DNA of 64,000 bases, from contig JBNKOC010000026.1 of assembly GCA_050294405.1 (NCBI GenBank), forward strand, positions 1-64,000, given 5' to 3'. Below the pieces are notes generated by a model. It ran no database searches. It was not told the origin of the DNA and saw only the letters and a program-made list of their open reading frames with translations. This stretch comes from Fibrobacteria bacterium (GTDB taxonomy: Bacteria; Fibrobacterota; Fibrobacteria; UBA11236; JADFYW01). The position numbers were made by a program, and so were the translations under genes. Positions 61,881 through 64,000 of this stretch are shown piece after piece. How positions within the stretch are numbered: position 1 is the stretch's first letter; each line of letters starts with the position of its first letter.

Positions 61881-64000
61881 ATGAAACAATTTATTCAAGA
61901 TTTTAAGACTGGAGATTTAAAAGCATTTGAAGTGCCAGAACCTTCTCTTGTTAACGGACTGGTTTTAGTTGAAAACAAGTTTTCACTTATTAGCGCTGGC
62001 ACAGAACGAGGTACCATTAGTACCGGAAAGGCTTCTCTTTTGGGAAAAGCAAAACAACGACCTGACCTTGTCAAACAAGTGCTAACTAATATTAAAAAAG
62101 AAGGCCTAAAACCTACTATCGATAAAGTAAGGACTCGTCTTGATTCATTAAAATCCCTTGGATATAGCTCAGCTGGTGTAGTGCTCGCATCTATGGACGC
62201 CCATAATAAATTTCAGCCTGGAGATAGGGTTGCATGTGCTGGGCTTAACTACGCTTCGCATGCTGAGCGTGTAACTGTACCGTATAACCTTGTCGCAAAA
62301 ATTCCTGACAATGTCAGTATGGACGAAGCTGCATTTACTACTCTTGGTGCAATTGCCCTTCAAGGTGTCAGGCAGGCTGATCCAAAATTGGGTGATAATG
62401 TTTGTGTTATTGGACTTGGTTTATTGGGGCAAATTACTTGCCAATTGCTTAAAGCAAATGGTTGTAATGTTTTTGGAATTGATATATCCCCCAGAATGGT
62501 TAACTTGACTAATGAATTAAAATCTGCGAAAGCCGTTCATAGAGAAGATGAATCTCTAATGTCCGCAATCCAAAATTTTACAAATGGCAATGGGTTTGAT
62601 CAGGTATTATTGACTGCCGCAACCAAAAACAATGAACCAATTTCGTTTTCAGGAGAAATTTTAAGAAAAAAAGGCGTTGTTGTTGTTGTGGGTGATGTTA
62701 AAATGGATATACCCAGAAATCCAGATTTTTATCCTAAAGAATTAGAGATTAAAATGTCATGTTCATATGGACCTGGTAGATATGATACAAGTTATGAAGA
62801 GCTTGGAAACGATTATCCATACGGTTATGTACGTTGGACTGAACAAAGAAACATGGAGGCTTTTCTTAAATTAATTTCAAATCAAAGTGTCAAAATTAAA
62901 CCTTTAATTACACATATTTTTGATATTGACGAAGCAGAAAAGGGTTATGATTTAATTTTAGGCAATGTAAATGAGCCCTTTATTGGAATTCTTATTAAAT
63001 ACCCAGATAACGAGTTAAAAGGCAAAACATTAATTCAGCTTGAGACTAAGACCCAACAAAAAGTAAACATGGGATTTATTGGTGCGGGTAATTTCGCAAC
63101 TAGTTATCTCATTCCCACAGCCCAATCGATGGGAACCTTGGATACAGTAGTGAATCGTACCGGAGTAAGCTCCAGAAATGTTGCAGAAAAATTTGGCTTC
63201 AGCCATACATCAACCTCTCCTGACGATATTTTCACTAACCAGGAAATTAATACAGTGTTTATTGCAACAAAGCATGATACACATGCAGAGTATGTAATTA
63301 GAAGCTTACAATATGGTAAAAATGTGTTTGTAGAAAAGCCTTTGGCTATAAATTATGATGAAGTTAATCAGATTATGGATGTTTATCAGTCAACTGAAGC
63401 TCCCAGATTAATGGTCGGTTTCAACAGGCGCTTTGCTCCAATTTCTCAATATGGAAAAAGCTTATTTGTAAATTCAGACGAACCGATAGTAATGAATTTT
63501 CGAATTAATACTGCGAGTTCAGAAAAAATCCACCGTTTACAGACCGATCCGGGATTGGGTAGGATAGTTGGAGAGGTTTGCCATTTTGTTGATTTAATGC
63601 AATATTTTACAGACAGTTTACCTATCTCTGTTTTTGCTAATTGCGTTAAAATGGATAATTCTGAAGTTAGGAGCGATGATAATATTTGTATAAATATAAA
63701 ATTTGCTAATGGCTCAATTGGTAATATCACCTATGTTTCAAGTGGAAACATTGGAATGCCAAAAGAATATTTTGAATTTTTTGCAGGTGGAATTTCCTTT
63801 GTCATTGATAACTTCAGGAAAGGCATTCAGTATAGTAATAATAAAGTCAAAAAGTTAAATTGCAGTGGAAAAGGCCACAAAGAAGAAGTTACATCTTTTA
63901 TCAACTCAATTCATAAAGGTTTGGATTCCCCTATAAGCTTTGAATCGATTGTTTATACAACCATAACTACCTTTAAAATACTAGATAGCTTACGTACTGG
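61881..64000 (+). CDS. Bi-domain oxidoreductase (zinc-ADH-like + Gfo/Idh/MocA), truncated by the window end
   Basis: Not in the ORF track. From ATG 61881 it reads MKQFIQDFKTG..SLISAGTE..LGYSSAG..GLGLLGQ..SCSYGPGRYD..YVRWTEQRN..GAGNF..VFVEKPL..VGFNRRF..GEVCHFVD; spot checks are in frame. Confidence 0.9.
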   Translation, partial: MKQFIQDFKTGDLKAFEVPEPSLVNGLVLVENKFSLISAGTERGTISTGKASLLGKAKQRPDLVKQVLTNIKKEGLKPTIDKVRTRLDSLKSLGYSSAGVVLASMDAHNKFQPGDRVACAGLNYASHAERVTVPYNLVAKIPDNVSMDEAAFTTLGAIALQGVRQADPKLGDNVCVIGLGLLGQITCQLLKANGCNVFGIDISPRMVNLTNELKSAKAVHREDESLMSAIQNFTNGNGFDQVLLTAATKNNEPISFSGEILRKKGVVVVVGDVKMDIPRNPDFYPKELEIKMSCSYGPGRYDTSYEELGNDYPYGYVRWTEQRNMEAFLKLISNQSVKIKPLITHIFDIDEAEKGYDLILGNVNEPFIGILIKYPDNELKGKTLIQLETKTQQKVNMGFIGAGNFATSYLIPTAQSMGTLDTVVNRTGVSSRNVAEKFGFSHTSTSPDDIFTNQEINTVFIATKHDTHAEYVIRSLQYGKNVFVEKPLAINYDEVNQIMDVYQSTEAPRLMVGFNRRFAPISQYGKSLFVNSDEPIVMNFRINTASSEKIHRLQTDPGLGRIVGEVCHFVDLMQYFTDSLPISVFANCVKMDNSEVRSDDNICINIKFANGSIGNITYVSSGNIGMPKEYFEFFAGGISFVIDNFRKGIQYSNNKVKKLNCSGKGHKEEVTSFINSIHKGLDSPISFESIVYTTITTFKILDSLRT

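Overview
Chromosomal window from an AT-rich bacterium that uses the standard genetic code, Shine-Dalgarno sites and sigma70-like promoters. It is probably FCB-group, Fibrobacterota-like; this is inferred from a T9SS-type C-terminal domain, a compact SigA-like factor and gene order. About 10-35.5 kb is core housekeeping: rimP-nusA-infB-rbfA-truB-ribF-rpsO-pnp-M16 peptidase, and tRNA Thr/Tyr/Gly/Thr-tuf-tRNA Trp-secE-nusG-rplKAJL-rpoBC-rpsLG, with fusA missing and mazG following instead. The left end (1-7 kb) holds envelope genes of unknown function: a Cys/His-repeat thioredoxin lipoprotein coupled to a CxxC/His-rich outer-membrane barrel, a lipoprotein-barrel hybrid, a VIT-like T9SS cargo with a barrel, and a pseudo-receiver. 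These are followed by thiL and a PilB ATPase with two MshEN modules. 35.6-52.8 kb is mixed: class IV aminotransferase, a protease/propeller/Omp85-like fusion, a SagB-like nitroreductase, purM-cysS-clpP-ftsY, thioredoxins, GT2, a TPR protein, and ApbC-DUF971-sigma. From 52.97 kb to the end is a Wzy-type surface polysaccharide locus that runs off the window. I saw no CRISPR array, transposase, integrase, prophage, intein or rRNA. I cannot claim a definitively new system; the best candidates are the metal/redox pair at 49-1736 and the protease-Omp85 fusion at 36508-39894. All calls come from motif recognition by eye, with no database searches.
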